From assembly GCA_000175855.1 (NCBI GenBank), contig ACYB01000046.1, forward strand, positions 120,001 through 152,000: a stretch of DNA of 32,000 nucleotides. Reading direction: 5' to 3'. Shown piece after piece: positions 20,458 through 31,294 of this stretch. Within the stretch, counting starts at the first letter, position 1, and each line of letters starts with the position of its first letter. The DNA is from Raphidiopsis brookii D9. GTDB taxonomy: Bacteria > Cyanobacteriota > Cyanobacteriia > Cyanobacteriales > Nostocaceae. A model generated the notes under the pieces. The model had not been told where the DNA came from and made no database searches. It worked only from the letters and a program-made list of their open reading frames with translations. The translations under genes were made by a program, and so were the position numbers.

Positions 20458-21552
20458 TTACATTTTCTGAAATATTTGTTGGATAAAACTTAACTGGAGA
20501 GTTTCTTTAAAAATCAAGAAAATTCCCAGTCCTAGTAACACCACTAGTCCAGTTTGCATAACCCCCTCTTGAATTTTCATAGGTAGGGGTTTACCAAATA
20601 GACCTTCAATCAACAGAAAAAACAATTGTCCACCGTCCAAAGCTGGTAATGGTAAGATGTTGATAACTGCTAAGTTAATACTAATTATAGCTGCAAATGA
20701 CAGGAGATTTGCACTATTATCTGCTGCTAATTTAGCACCAATTTTGACAATGTTGACTGGACCCGACACCTGACTGGCAGTTTGTTGAAAGTTAGTGATT
20801 AGTTGTCCAAATCCTTTAATTGTGCCAACAAATAACTGCTGGAATCTCTCCCCTGCAACAGTAAAAATCTGGATGGGATTTTGAGGACGCTCGTAAACAG
20901 CCTTACCATTGGCCGCAAGTTCCACACCTACTAATCCTTTCCCTTCCGGATTTTCCCCAGGGGTAATTTGTAGGCTAATCTCCCGGTCTTGACGTTGGAT
21001 TTGGAAATCAATTGGTTGACGAGGATGGTTTTGAATTTCCTGTGTTAGGTATAAGGTGGAATCTTTACCAGCCACTAATTCACGTCCATTAACGCTAATA
21101 ACAATGTCACCTTCCCTAATACCAGCTTGATAAGCTATTGATTGCTCGTTAATTGGTTTGATTAAAACCCCAGGTTGATATTGAAATTCCTTTGGTATAC
21201 CTACAACACCTAACTGCAAAGCAAGAACCAAATAAGCAAACACCAGATTTGCCATCACGCCAGCACTAATGACAATTGCTCGATCTAGAATAGGACGATT
21301 TCGCAATAGGTTGGGATCATTGGGGGGAATTGCGCTATCAGGATCATCATCGGGGAAACCCACAAAACCACCCAGAAGGAAAGCACGAATTGTGTATTCC
21401 GTTTGTGATCCTCGATATTTTAACAAAATAGGACCAAAACCCAGGGAAAAACGATTGGCATAAATCCCTTGGGATCTAGCTGCTATAAAATGTCCCAACT
21501 CATGTACTAGGATAAGGGTCGCCAAAACTGCTATCGCTGCTAAAACTGACAT
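20458..21552 (-). CDS. rseP: RseP-type site-2 zinc metalloprotease with PDZ domain
   Basis: 364 aa ORF, HELGHFIAARSQGI, PDZ segment YQAGIREGDIVISVNG, C-terminal NLLPLPALDGG-like AVINILPLPALDGGQLFF. Confidence 0.95.
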   Translation of the reverse strand: MSVLAAIAVLATLILVHELGHFIAARSQGIYANRFSLGFGPILLKYRGSQTEYTIRAFLLGGFVGFPDDDPDSAIPPNDPNLLRNRPILDRAIVISAGVMANLVFAYLVLALQLGVVGIPKEFQYQPGVLIKPINEQSIAYQAGIREGDIVISVNGRELVAGKDSTLYLTQEIQNHPRQPIDFQIQRQDREISLQITPGENPEGKGLVGVELAANGKAVYERPQNPIQIFTVAGERFQQLFVGTIKGFGQLITNFQQTASQVSGPVNIVKIGAKLAADNSANLLSFAAIISINLAVINILPLPALDGGQLFFLLIEGLFGKPLPMKIQEGVMQTGLVVLLGLGIFLIFKETLQLSFIQQIFQKM

Positions 21553-21625
21553 AGAGCAAATTAGTCAACATACTGAAAATATATATCCTAATTCTAGTTG
21601 GATTTTATTCTGGTTTGGGACTTTT

Positions 21626-22615
21626 TCAAGAAACAGGTTGGCTTGACTCTATTCCAACTAGTTCTCCATCATTCCATTCCAGGGTGTCACCAATGCTCTG
21701 ACCATTGTGATAAGCTGCCAATAGTATTTCACTCGTCTTACCATAGGATATGTTTCCTTTGGAATCTAGGGCGATCGCACCTAAATCTCTTTGGTTTTTA
21801 CTGGCTTCGGTAAAGGAACGCCACATTGCTTCCTTTAGAGACATCCCATCACTAACTCGAACCGCAATTTTGGCAGCTAAACACTCGTCAATGATATCTT
21901 CTCCAATACCTGTACAACTTATCGCCGCATATTTGGTAGCATAGTTACCTGCTGGCATGGCAGAATCACTTACTCTACCAATGCGTTCAAAGCCTTTACC
22001 ACCAGTGGAAGTGCCTGCAGCCAATTGCCCAAAGGTATCTAGGGCTACTACCCCAATAGTTCCCCTCCCTGCTTCCGGATCTGGGGTTTCCGGTTCGGCA
22101 ATTACTCCAGCCATAGTTCTCTTAAATTTGTCTTCCCTTTCTTGTATCCATTCTTTGAGTCGTAAATCTGTCAAAGCATTATAACTAGGAACTTGTAACT
22201 CTCGTGCTAACTCCAGGGAACCATGATCGGACAATACCCGGTCGGGAGACTGTTGCAGAAATAGGGCCATTTCAATGGGGTTTTTCACCCGAGAAACGTT
22301 AATTACTCCACTAAATTTGCCAGATGTGCCATTCATAAAAGAAGCACTCATGCGAATTTGACCGTCGGATTGCAAGACTGAACCGGTCCCAGCATTAAAA
22401 CGGGGATCGTCTTCCAGGAGTTGACAACCCCTAACCACTGCTTCGCTGGCAGATACACCAGAGAGTAGCATTGAATATACATCTTCTATGATGGTATGGA
22501 GCGATCGCCTGACGGTGGCCAATCCCCCTTTACTTTGGAGGGAACTACCTGCTCCACCATGAATAATCAGTTTAGGTTGTACTTGAATTTGTGTTGATTG
22601 TGTTGATAAGTTCAT
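21626..22615 (-). CDS. Isoaspartyl peptidase/L-asparaginase (Ntn-hydrolase)
   Basis: 329 aa ORF: KLIIHGGAGSSL, DDPRFNAGTGSVLQSDG, RGTIGVVALDTFGQLAAGTSTGGKGFERIGRVSDSAMPAG (autocleavage-type G/TIGVVALD). Confidence 0.94.
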   Translation of the reverse strand: MNLSTQSTQIQVQPKLIIHGGAGSSLQSKGGLATVRRSLHTIIEDVYSMLLSGVSASEAVVRGCQLLEDDPRFNAGTGSVLQSDGQIRMSASFMNGTSGKFSGVINVSRVKNPIEMALFLQQSPDRVLSDHGSLELARELQVPSYNALTDLRLKEWIQEREDKFKRTMAGVIAEPETPDPEAGRGTIGVVALDTFGQLAAGTSTGGKGFERIGRVSDSAMPAGNYATKYAAISCTGIGEDIIDECLAAKIAVRVSDGMSLKEAMWRSFTEASKNQRDLGAIALDSKGNISYGKTSEILLAAYHNGQSIGDTLEWNDGELVGIESSQPVS

Positions 22616-22861
22616 TTATTAGTTTAAGTGTGTGTAAATGTGTATTTAAGTTTTACGTAGTTTGGGAACGACGTCGACGACACCGTTCCGAACAATATTT
22701 CACATCATCCCAACAATCTTGCCATTTTTTTCTCCAAGTAAAGGGGAGTTGACATACAGGGCAAATTTTTTCAGGTAGGTGAGATTTAGAAAGTTTACGC
22801 CCCATAGATGGAAGGTTAGAAACTGCTGCGAGTGTGTTACTATTTTATTTTAATCTTACAC

Positions 22862-22894
22862 TAATTGGATATTAATTGGATATTAGTTGGATAT
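22862..22894. repeat. Three tandem 11 bp units TAATTGGATAT / TAATTGGATAT / TAGTTGGATAT
   Basis: 22862-22872, 22873-22883 (identical), 22884-22894 (one mismatch); the third unit contains the presumed TTG start of pyrD. Confidence 0.9.
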
Positions 22895-24027
22895 TTATAA
22901 GGCAGTCATTCTTCCCCTCTTATTTACTCTGGTAAAAGCAGATCCAGAGTGGTTACACTATGTGCTAATAAGTGGAATGGATTGGTTTCTACAACCTTCC
23001 CATCCTCATCGTGCCAGATGGTTGAAATCTTTTGTCGGAGATTCTTTGTGTGTCCATGACACTAGGTTAAAACAGAACCTCTTCGGTTTGAATTTTCCTA
23101 ACCCGCTGGGTTTGGCCGCAGGATTTGATAAAGATGCTATGGGATCTCACTTTTGGTCTATGTTCGGTTTTGGCTTGGCTGAGTTAGGTACTGTCACTTA
23201 TCACGGACAACCGGGAAATCCCCAACCTCGTTTGTTTCGCTTACCCATGGACCTAGCAGCTCTTAATCGTATGGGCTTTAATAATTCCGGTGCTGCTGCT
23301 ATGGCCGCAAGACTAACTTTGCTTTATCAACAACAGCTACCTGCCATACCTATAGGTATAAACCTCGGTAAATCTAAAATTACCCCCTTAGAAGCAGCAG
23401 CAACAGACTACCTGCAAAGTTTTCGTTTGCTAAAGAACCTAGGTGATTATTTTGTGGTCAATGTTTCTTCTCCTAATACTCCAGGACTGCGATCGCTTCA
23501 GGATAGACCCATGCTCAGTCAAATATTGGAGGTCATTCAAACAGAAAACTCTATACAAAACCAACCTAAGCCATTATTTGTCAAAATAGCACCTGACCTA
23601 GAATGGGAAGCAATAGTAGACATTATCAATCTTGCCAAAGCCTATAAACTGGCGGGGATTATTGCCACTAACACTACTATTAGTCGTGAAGGACTAAAAA
23701 CCCAAGTGATAGAAAAAACTGGTAATCCACCCCAAGCAGAACCTGGAGGAATTAGCGGATTGCCATTGCGTCAACCCTCCACAGAAATTATACGTTTTAT
23801 TTATAAACAAAGCCAGGGTCAAATACCAATTATTGGTGTGGGAGGGATTTTTACCGCAGAGGACGCCTGGGAAAAAATTAACAGCAGGTGCAAGTTTAAT
23901 CCAGGTTTACACCGGTTGGATTTATGAGGGACCAATGATGGCAAGCCGAATCTTGACAGGATTATTAGGAAAACTGCAAGATCACAGCTTGGGTTCCATT
24001 GGCGATGCGGTGGGAATCAATAATTAA
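22887..24027 (+). CDS. pyrD: Dihydroorotate dehydrogenase (quinone), broken near the 3' end by a one-base frameshift at 23872-23877
   Basis: Track ORFs 22887..23927 ([52 protein letters not shown]) and 23833..24027 ([33 protein letters not shown]) join as [21 protein letters not shown] if one A is removed from the A6 run. Confidence 0.93.
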
Positions 24028-24029
24028 AG

Positions 24030-24755
24030 CTACCACTGCTTATTTATCCAGGGGGAAAACTCTCTATTTTTGCGGGAGTAAGACCAGGCAATTCCATCTG
24101 GGTCTCGACTACGAGTCCATTCCGAAAAATCAGGATCATTGCGTCGTTTGTAGACTGTACTTGAATAAACACCTAAGCGCTGAGCCAATTCAGACTGGAT
24201 TAGGGAACCAAAAGCTAGCTGTTTCTCCAGGGATTTGGTTTCTAAGCGATTAGTGATTTGACCTTCTTTATCTCCTTCCTTACTTTCTAAAACAAGTACA
24301 GGCGGAGATAGTAGAGATCTGGCCTCCTTGGTTACTGCTCTACCAACTGGTTTCACATCTGATTCGCTACCATCTAAAATCTCACCCAGAATACTCCCAG
24401 TGATAAAGTAGTAGTGTGGACCGTTGGTTCCCGAGTCTACCGGATTAGTACCAAATTCCTTGGCTTTCTTTTCTAGGTAGCGTTTTGCATCGTCTCCTGG
24501 AAAATTTCCCCTGATGGCCAGGTCAACCGAGGAGATTTTTCCCTGATTTTCCTCAATTAACTCATAAAAGAGAGGATTTACCTGGTCACACCATTTTTCC
24601 CACCTATACTTTTGCCACAGATTAAGACTCATGATGAGGAATAAACCTATGAGTAAAAACTTCCAGGTGTTGAGAACGACAATAATCAAAAAAGAAATTG
24701 GCACAATGACTACGAGAAAACTTTTGCCGTAGTTTTCCATGTTTGTTTGGGTCAT
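24030..24755 (-). CDS. Hypothetical membrane-anchored protein with putative helix-turn-helix-like segments
   Basis: 241 aa ORF; N-terminal hydrophobic stretch SFLVVIVPISFLIIVVLNTWKFLLIGLFLIMSLNLW then soluble region with LAQRLGVYSSTVYKRRNDPDFSEWTRSRDPDGIAWSYSRK. Confidence 0.75.
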   Translation of the reverse strand: MTQTNMENYGKSFLVVIVPISFLIIVVLNTWKFLLIGLFLIMSLNLWQKYRWEKWCDQVNPLFYELIEENQGKISSVDLAIRGNFPGDDAKRYLEKKAKEFGTNPVDSGTNGPHYYFITGSILGEILDGSESDVKPVGRAVTKEARSLLSPPVLVLESKEGDKEGQITNRLETKSLEKQLAFGSLIQSELAQRLGVYSSTVYKRRNDPDFSEWTRSRDPDGIAWSYSRKNREFSPWINKQW

Positions 24756-24952
24756 ACTGATTTTTGCCAGGTGGCCTTTTACAGAATAATATTTCCATTA
24801 TTTCTATCTTGGCAAAAATTGACCCCTTTTTTGTATTCCCTGGCAAAATTTCCACTACTGGTTGGCAAAAACCACCAATTGTTGGGGTTTTACCCTTTCT
24901 AAAATCCTACAACTGATTATCTTCCTAATTATACTCTTCAAATTTAAAAACA

Positions 24953-25633
24953 ATGGCTCACATATCTTATGAAACGGTTAAAGAACTACTCAGTTCTGAA
25001 AATTTAGGCGATCGCCTTCGTGGTGTGAATCAAATTCGGGACTTGGAACCTGCACAGGGTTTAGAATTATTACAAATTGCCATTAAAGATCAAAACTCGA
25101 GAGTGCGTTATTGTGCTGTAAGTCAATTAGACACATTAGGGGCGCAGGATTTAGGTTTTTCCCTAAACATTTTAAGAGAGTTGTTAAATGATCCTGAAGC
25201 GGATGTACAAGCAGCAGCAGCCGATTGTTTGGGGGCACTGAAACTACAAGTGGCCTTCCCCGATTTAGAAAAGCTTTACCATGAAACCCCAGAATGGGTA
25301 GTAAAATTTAGCATAATTGCCACCCTGGGATCCCTGGGAGATCCAAGGGGAGTAGATTTGCTCAAAAAAGCCCTGGAATCAGATAATGGTTTAGTTCAAA
25401 GTGCGGCCATTAGTTCCCTAGGTGAATTGGGCAACCCAGATGCAGTAACCATCCTAGCTCCCTATACTGAAAATCCAGATTGGCAAGTACGTCATCGCTT
25501 AGTTCATGCTTTAGCCAATTTGGGTGGAAAAGAGGCTAGGAAAATTCTAGACGTATTGGCTACCGACTCAGTAGAAGCAGTTGCAAAAGAAGCTGAGGAT
25601 GTTCTTAGGCATAAAATTGAGGTAGAATCGTGA
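24953..25633 (+). CDS. nblB: HEAT-repeat protein, NblB-like (phycobilisome degradation / bilin lyase-related)
   Basis: 226 aa ORF of HEAT-like repeats: [47 protein letters not shown]...[16 protein letters not shown]. Confidence 0.65.
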   Translation: MAHISYETVKELLSSENLGDRLRGVNQIRDLEPAQGLELLQIAIKDQNSRVRYCAVSQLDTLGAQDLGFSLNILRELLNDPEADVQAAAADCLGALKLQVAFPDLEKLYHETPEWVVKFSIIATLGSLGDPRGVDLLKKALESDNGLVQSAAISSLGELGNPDAVTILAPYTENPDWQVRHRLVHALANLGGKEARKILDVLATDSVEAVAKEAEDVLRHKIEVES

Positions 25634-25634
25634 T

Positions 25635-26315
25635 ATGACAACAGACTACCCAAAAATTGACATTGCCCCATTTATTGATCACTCCCTGCTTTTACCTACC
25701 ACAACAGAACCCCAGGTAGAAAAGTGGTGTGAAGAGGCGTACAGATTTAATTTTGCTGCAGTTTGTATTCACCCGTCCCATGTTAAGCAAGCGGCGGAGC
25801 TATTACACAACAAAAAGCCACAAGTATGTACTGTAATTGGATTTCCCACAGGGTTGACCACCTCAACAGTTAAATTATATGAAGCACAGGAGGCGGTGGA
25901 AAATGGTGCCACGGAGTTGGATTTAATGATTAACTTAGGCTGGTTAAAAATTGGCAAGACTGAGCAATTACACCGAGAAATTGCCACAATTTGCGAACAA
26001 ACTGGCAAACCAATCAAGGTAATTTTAGAAACCAGTTTACTGACAGATGCAGAAAAAAAAGTGGCTGCTGAAATAGCCATGGATGCAGGTGCTGCATTTT
26101 TAAAAACTAGTACGGGTTGGAATGGTGGAGCAACAGTGAAAGACGTGCAGTTTTTAAAACAAATAACAAAAGAAAGAGTGGGAATAAAAGCTTCCGGAGG
26201 AATTCGGACCCATGAGGATGCCATAGATCTAATTATGGCCGGTGCAACCAGACTAGGTACATCTCGTGGAATAGACTTACTCCATCAGCGCGATCGCCTG
26301 GATACAGAAAAATAA
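25635..26315 (+). CDS. deoC: Deoxyribose-phosphate aldolase
   Basis: 226 aa ORF: [73 protein letters not shown]. Confidence 0.96.
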   Translation: MTTDYPKIDIAPFIDHSLLLPTTTEPQVEKWCEEAYRFNFAAVCIHPSHVKQAAELLHNKKPQVCTVIGFPTGLTTSTVKLYEAQEAVENGATELDLMINLGWLKIGKTEQLHREIATICEQTGKPIKVILETSLLTDAEKKVAAEIAMDAGAAFLKTSTGWNGGATVKDVQFLKQITKERVGIKASGGIRTHEDAIDLIMAGATRLGTSRGIDLLHQRDRLDTEK

Positions 26316-26330
26316 CAGGGGTAATTACTA

Positions 26331-27227
26331 ATGAACGGGAGTTATCAGGTAAGGGGAATCAATCTCAAAAGCCACTTTCTAGGAGAGTCGGATAAAATAC
26401 TCACCGTGTTAACCAGAGAGTTGGGCCTAATTAAGGCGATCGCCCCTGGTGCCAGAAAGTACCAATCTAACCTAAATGGTAGAAGTGGAATATTCATGGT
26501 GAATGAATTGTTGATTTCCCCTGGCAAATCTAACCCCACTCAAACATCAGGCCTTTATAGGATTAACCAAGCACAGACGCTCAAGACCCATGCTGGACTC
26601 AGCAAAAGTTTAGGAAAACTGGCAGCGAGTCAATATTTAGCAGAAATTGCGCTCCATCAAGCATTGGAGGAGCATCCCCAAATAGAGCTATATGACTTAT
26701 TAAATCAACATCTGGACACCTTAGATTCTCTTCCCCTAATTCCCCAGATTGCCATAGTAGCACATTTAGCCAAGGGAGTCTTTGATATGTTAAACTTAGC
26801 TGGGATAAGCCCACAGATCCAACTGTGCTGTTTAACCCAAAAACCCTTAATACCAGATTTAAGCAATCCAAAATGGCAAGCTGGTTTCAGTACAACAGCG
26901 GGGGGAACAATTTGCCTACAAACCTGGGAAAAATTCAAAAAACAGGAAAACTTTCATGAACCAAAAATCCCAGAAAATGACTTTGAAAGGGTTTTGCACC
27001 AGCAAGAGTTACCAAAAATTTCCCGTCGATTGGGAGCAAAAGAATTAATGATGCTCCAATATTTATCTCAACCAGGGATAATACAAATAGATTCAGCCTA
27101 TGATGATAGCTGGTTATCTGTTGAGCAAATCTTGCGCCATTATACTCAGTACCACTTGGGTTTTCCTATTCGCTCTGCTACGTTGATAGATTCCTATTTT
27201 GCTCCCAACCATGATGCAATCGTCTGA
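26331..27227 (+). CDS. recO: DNA repair protein RecO
   Basis: 298 aa ORF: [47 protein letters not shown]; C-terminal [14 protein letters not shown]. Confidence 0.9.
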   Translation: MNGSYQVRGINLKSHFLGESDKILTVLTRELGLIKAIAPGARKYQSNLNGRSGIFMVNELLISPGKSNPTQTSGLYRINQAQTLKTHAGLSKSLGKLAASQYLAEIALHQALEEHPQIELYDLLNQHLDTLDSLPLIPQIAIVAHLAKGVFDMLNLAGISPQIQLCCLTQKPLIPDLSNPKWQAGFSTTAGGTICLQTWEKFKKQENFHEPKIPENDFERVLHQQELPKISRRLGAKELMMLQYLSQPGIIQIDSAYDDSWLSVEQILRHYTQYHLGFPIRSATLIDSYFAPNHDAIV

Positions 27228-28809
27228 TTTAGATAGAAACAACCAGCCCTTATCACCCAAACTTAAACACAAGAATAGGGTGAAATCATACCAAGATAAT
27301 CACCAGCAAAGATCCGTGAAGGGATTTTCCATGGAAAAAACCCAGACAAGTGATTCACCAAAATCACCTCCTACCAACTCGGATCTTCCTCTAAAGGTAA
27401 ATCCTATTAATGGATCTCTTGAGACCACTCATGAAAAAGAAAAAGCAGTTTTAGAAGAAACACAGTCACAAATAGACTTAGAAGATAAAGATGGTTCTAA
27501 ATCATATCTAAAAGCTGGTGGTAAGCATGGAAAAGAAGGATTTTCCCAGTATTAAAAAATCGCAATTTTCTAGCACTTTGGGGGGGGGCAAATCTTTTGC
27601 CAATTAGCTGACAAGGTATATCTAGTTCTGATGATTGCTTTAATCAACAGTGAGTTTCAACAAAGGGGTCAAAGTATTAGTGGTTGGGTTTCAGCCCTAA
27701 TGATGATTTTTACCATTCCCGCAGTTTTGTTTGGTTCCGTTGCTGGCGTATTTGTGGACCGCTGGTCAAAAAAAGCTGTACTAGTAGCATCTAATGCTTG
27801 GCGTGGGATTCTAGTTATTACCATTCCCTTTTTAATCTGGTTAACCCATGATTGGCATCCTATAGGCGCTTTGCCAGTAGGTTTTTTAATGATCCTACTG
27901 GTGACCTTTTTGGTTTCTACCTTTACCCAATTTTTTGCCCCTGCAGAACAGGCCACTATTCCTCTAGTGGTGGAAGAACAACATTTACTCTCCGCCAATT
28001 CTCTGTACACAACTACAATGATGGCATCAGTAATTATTGGTTTTGCAGTGGGTGAACCAGTCTTAGTTTTAGCTGATAGTCTCTGGGCAAAATTTGGTGG
28101 TGCTGGTGGACTGGGCAAGGAAATTTTGGTTGGCGGTAGTTATGGTATTGCTGGTATTATTTTACTCTTCATTCAAACTCAGGAAAAACCTCATCCTCCA
28201 GAAACAGAATTTCCCCATCTTTTATCTGACTTGTGGGATGGTTTGAACTACCTCAAGTCCAATCGCAGCATTAAAAATGCTATGTTACAGTTAACCATAT
28301 TATTTTCTGTATTTGCAGCGCTTACTGTTTTAGCAGTTCGCATGGCAGAAATTATCCCCAATTTAAAGGCCTCCCAATTTGGTTTTTTATTGGCCGCAGG
28401 TGGTGTGGGTATTGCTGCTGGTGCTACAATTGTAGGACAGTTCGGTCGCGGTTTTACTTATGGACAGTTGAGTTTGTGGGGTTCCTTGGGAATGTCGGGA
28501 TCTTTGATTGGTCTTGCTATATTCACAAACCAATTATGGCCCGTACTCCTATTCATAGCATCGCTAGGTGTTTTTGGAGCTTTGCTCGGTATCCCCATGC
28601 AAACGACTATTCAAACTGAAACCTCAGCAGAAATGCGTGGTAAAGTGTTTGGACTGCAAAACAACGTGATTAACATTGCTCTAACCCTACCCTTAGCTTT
28701 AGCTGGTATAGCGGAGAACTTTATTGGTTTAAGTTCAGTTTTTTTGCTTTTATCTATCATTGTATTTGGCGGGGGAATAATTACCTGGTATAATTCAAGC
28801 AGTCATTAA
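27214..28809 (+). CDS. MFS transporter (MFS_3-like), broken by two nearby opposite one-base frameshifts (27545-27547 and 27580-27588)
   Basis: Track ORFs 27199..27555 and 27631..28809 are in the same frame; the 27549-27587 stretch in the alternative frame reads [13 protein letters not shown], giving [47 protein letters not shown] when one C is added and one G is removed. Confidence 0.85.
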
Positions 28810-28904
28810 TTAATAAAAGTTAATTAACAGGTCAAAAACTACAAAGTTTTGTGCTACAATTGAGCCCAAGATAATTTCTGAAGTTTTTCGTAGCCAAATA
28901 AAGA

Positions 28905-30032
28905 ATGCGTATAGCCTGGATTGGAAAAAAATCACCCTTTTGTGGCAATGTTACTTACAGTAGGGAAATTACAAATGGTCTGTTGGACAGGGGACATGAT
29001 GTAAGTTTCTTACACTTTGCCCAGGAAGAATCTGAACCTGATAACTGGCCAAATTTTAAGGAAGTTCCCTTACCATATATTTATAAGTCACAAGTTTACA
29101 CACTTCCCGCTTTCAATGCAACTAAAGTTTTAAAAGACGCGCTACGGGAAATACAACCTCAAATAGTTCATGCTTCCCTAACCTTATCTACCCTTGACTT
29201 TGTTTTACCCGAAATTTGTCAGGAACTAAATATTCCCCTAGTGGCCACTTTCCATACTCCTTTTGCAGGTAAGGGTGCCAAATTGATCTCCGGTACTCAA
29301 TTACTAGCTTACCAGTTATATGCTCCCTTTTTGGACAACTATCACCAGGTGATTGTATTTTCCCAAATTCAAAAAGAATTATTGGTAAAAATGGGAGTTA
29401 GGGAAGCAAAAATTGCTGTTATCCCTAATGGGGTAGATACTGTGAAATACGCTCCTGGTACTTCTAAGGTAAAAGATGAATTTAATGCAGAACGACTATT
29501 TGTTTATCAAGGTCGTCTCGCACCGGAAAAAAACGTCGAGTCCCTACTAAGAGCATGGAAACAGTCAACCATGTCACCTACTAGCAAGCTGTTAATAGTT
29601 GGCGATGGTCCTTTGAGATCTTCACTGGAGCCATTTTATGAATCAGAATATGGTGTTATCTGGTTAGGTTTTGTTGCCAGTGAGGAGCGCCGTATAGAGA
29701 TATTAAGAGGTGCGGATCTATTTATTTTACCTTCTTTAGTCGAAGGCTTGTCTCTATCTTTGTTAGAAGCTATGTCCTGCGGTTTGGCATGTCTTGCCAC
29801 TGATGTAGGTGCAGATGGAGAAGTTTTAGAAAAAGGAGCAGGTGTTGTAATCAGTACAAGATCCGTGCGCTCTCAAATTAGAACTCTTTTACCTTTATTT
29901 CAAGATCATCCAGAGTTAACTGCCCTATTAGGTCAAAAAGCAAGAAAACGCGTCCTGGAAAAATATACTCTCAGTGACAATATAACCAGTTTAGAAAAGC
30001 TTTACCATGGAGTTTTACCAAAAGCTATATAG
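28905..30032 (+). CDS. Glycosyltransferase family 4 protein
   Basis: 375 aa ORF: VATFHTPFAGKG, VIPNGVDTVKYAPG, LFVYQGRLAPEKNVESLLRAWK, LFILPSLVEGLSLSLLEAMSCGLACLATDVGADGEVL. Confidence 0.93.
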   Translation: MRIAWIGKKSPFCGNVTYSREITNGLLDRGHDVSFLHFAQEESEPDNWPNFKEVPLPYIYKSQVYTLPAFNATKVLKDALREIQPQIVHASLTLSTLDFVLPEICQELNIPLVATFHTPFAGKGAKLISGTQLLAYQLYAPFLDNYHQVIVFSQIQKELLVKMGVREAKIAVIPNGVDTVKYAPGTSKVKDEFNAERLFVYQGRLAPEKNVESLLRAWKQSTMSPTSKLLIVGDGPLRSSLEPFYESEYGVIWLGFVASEERRIEILRGADLFILPSLVEGLSLSLLEAMSCGLACLATDVGADGEVLEKGAGVVISTRSVRSQIRTLLPLFQDHPELTALLGQKARKRVLEKYTLSDNITSLEKLYHGVLPKAI

Positions 30033-30047
30033 TTACCTGTATTTTTT

Positions 30048-31294
30048 CTAGGGACGCTGAATAATGGTTTCCAGTACTCGACGCTTCAATTTAGGATCAA
30101 TAACTACCAATCGTACATATTCACCAGCGTGTTCCAACAAACAAGATTCTAAAGCGGAAACCGCTTGTGGATAATCACTTATATGTAAATTGCCACAAGT
30201 TTGCCAAGATCCCATAGAAAATCGTCTTTTATCAACGTATTCCACAGTGATTTTATGACCCTGGGATAAAACCTGACGAATTTGCTCCTGGGTGTCTAGA
30301 GTTACCAGACTTAAGGGCGGGCTATTTTCTAAAGTTTTATTTGGAACATTTTGGTCATTGTGATCATGATTAGATTGCAAAGTCGGTAATTCTTTGACAG
30401 GGGATTGAGCTTGATAACCCCTGCGATTATATTCAGCAACTAAATGAGAACTTTCCACATGTTTCTGCTCACCTACCATAACATTGCCAGCTTCAATTAA
30501 ATGGAATAGGGTAAACTCAGGTTTTTGGAACTGTGGAGGAGGTTCCATACTATTAACCACCCGCATGGAAACTCTATCATATCCTATTTCATGGATAAAA
30601 TCGCGAATTTGTTCGTCATAGATTCGCGAACGCAATGCACTAAAAAAGTCAATTGACTGATGGGGAAATGTATTAACTAACTGCTCAATTTCCACCGGAG
30701 AAAGTCCATCCTCTGCAAAAATACCTCCCACAATTCCCACCTTATCATCATGGTTAGGTTCCCAGTAAAATTTCTCCATCCTCCCATCTCGAATTAATGG
30801 TGCATAGAGGGTGGAAAAATCATTTCCAGTGACAATAATTGGTACTCGACGAATGGGTTTAGCATCATAACTTCCGGGTAACTGGACATCCGTGGGACTG
30901 TCAGCAATGTTCATTAATGTGGCATTTACCAATTGAGTATTAACAGTGTATTGAGTTCCCTCGTCAAATCTACCGGCACCTGCGTCTAAATCATTAATCA
31001 TCAGCACACACATTTTGCCACGAACCTTAACCAGTTCCGCAGTCTCTCGATAGCGCAGACGAATTAATCTAGCTGGGTCCCCTGCATCTGGACTTTCTAA
31101 TTCCCCTCCGGAAATGAGAGTCACCCCCACACCCATTTTTCAAATGCCAATTCGCACTGAAATGACTTTCCTTCTCCCTTTCTACCATGAATTCCTAAAA
31201 TCAGCGGAACGCGCAGTCCCGCGAGATTGAGAAAGTTTTTAGTGATATGAACGGCTATTTTATCCAAAAACCGGGTAGAGATGTAGTAGGCCAT
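30048..31294 (-). CDS. rca: Rubisco activase-like AAA+ protein with C-terminal RbcS-like domain, broken by a one-base frameshift at 31136-31140
   Basis: Track ORF 30048..31136 (MGVGVTLISGGELESPDAGDPARLIRLRYRETAEL...ITVEYVDKRRFSMGSWQTCG...) lacks its N-terminus; the adjacent frame from ATG at 31294 reads MAYYISTRFLDKIAVHITKNFLNLAGLRVPLILGIHGRKGEGKSFQCELAFEK, including the Walker A GRKGEGKS. Adding one A joins them as AFEKMGVGVTLISGG. Confidence 0.92.

Noticed and set aside
25769-26224. 151 aa minus-strand ORF inside deoC
   Set aside because: Long but exactly antisense to deoC; composition consistent with a shadow ORF.
27580-27588. Phase-variable G tract as a confident call
   Set aside because: Attractive, but a second unrelated one-base break lies 33 nt upstream and six other genes show similar breaks, so sequencing/assembly error is the better default explanation.
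27669-28118. 149 aa minus-strand ORF inside the MFS gene
   Set aside because: Antisense shadow ORF of a membrane protein gene.
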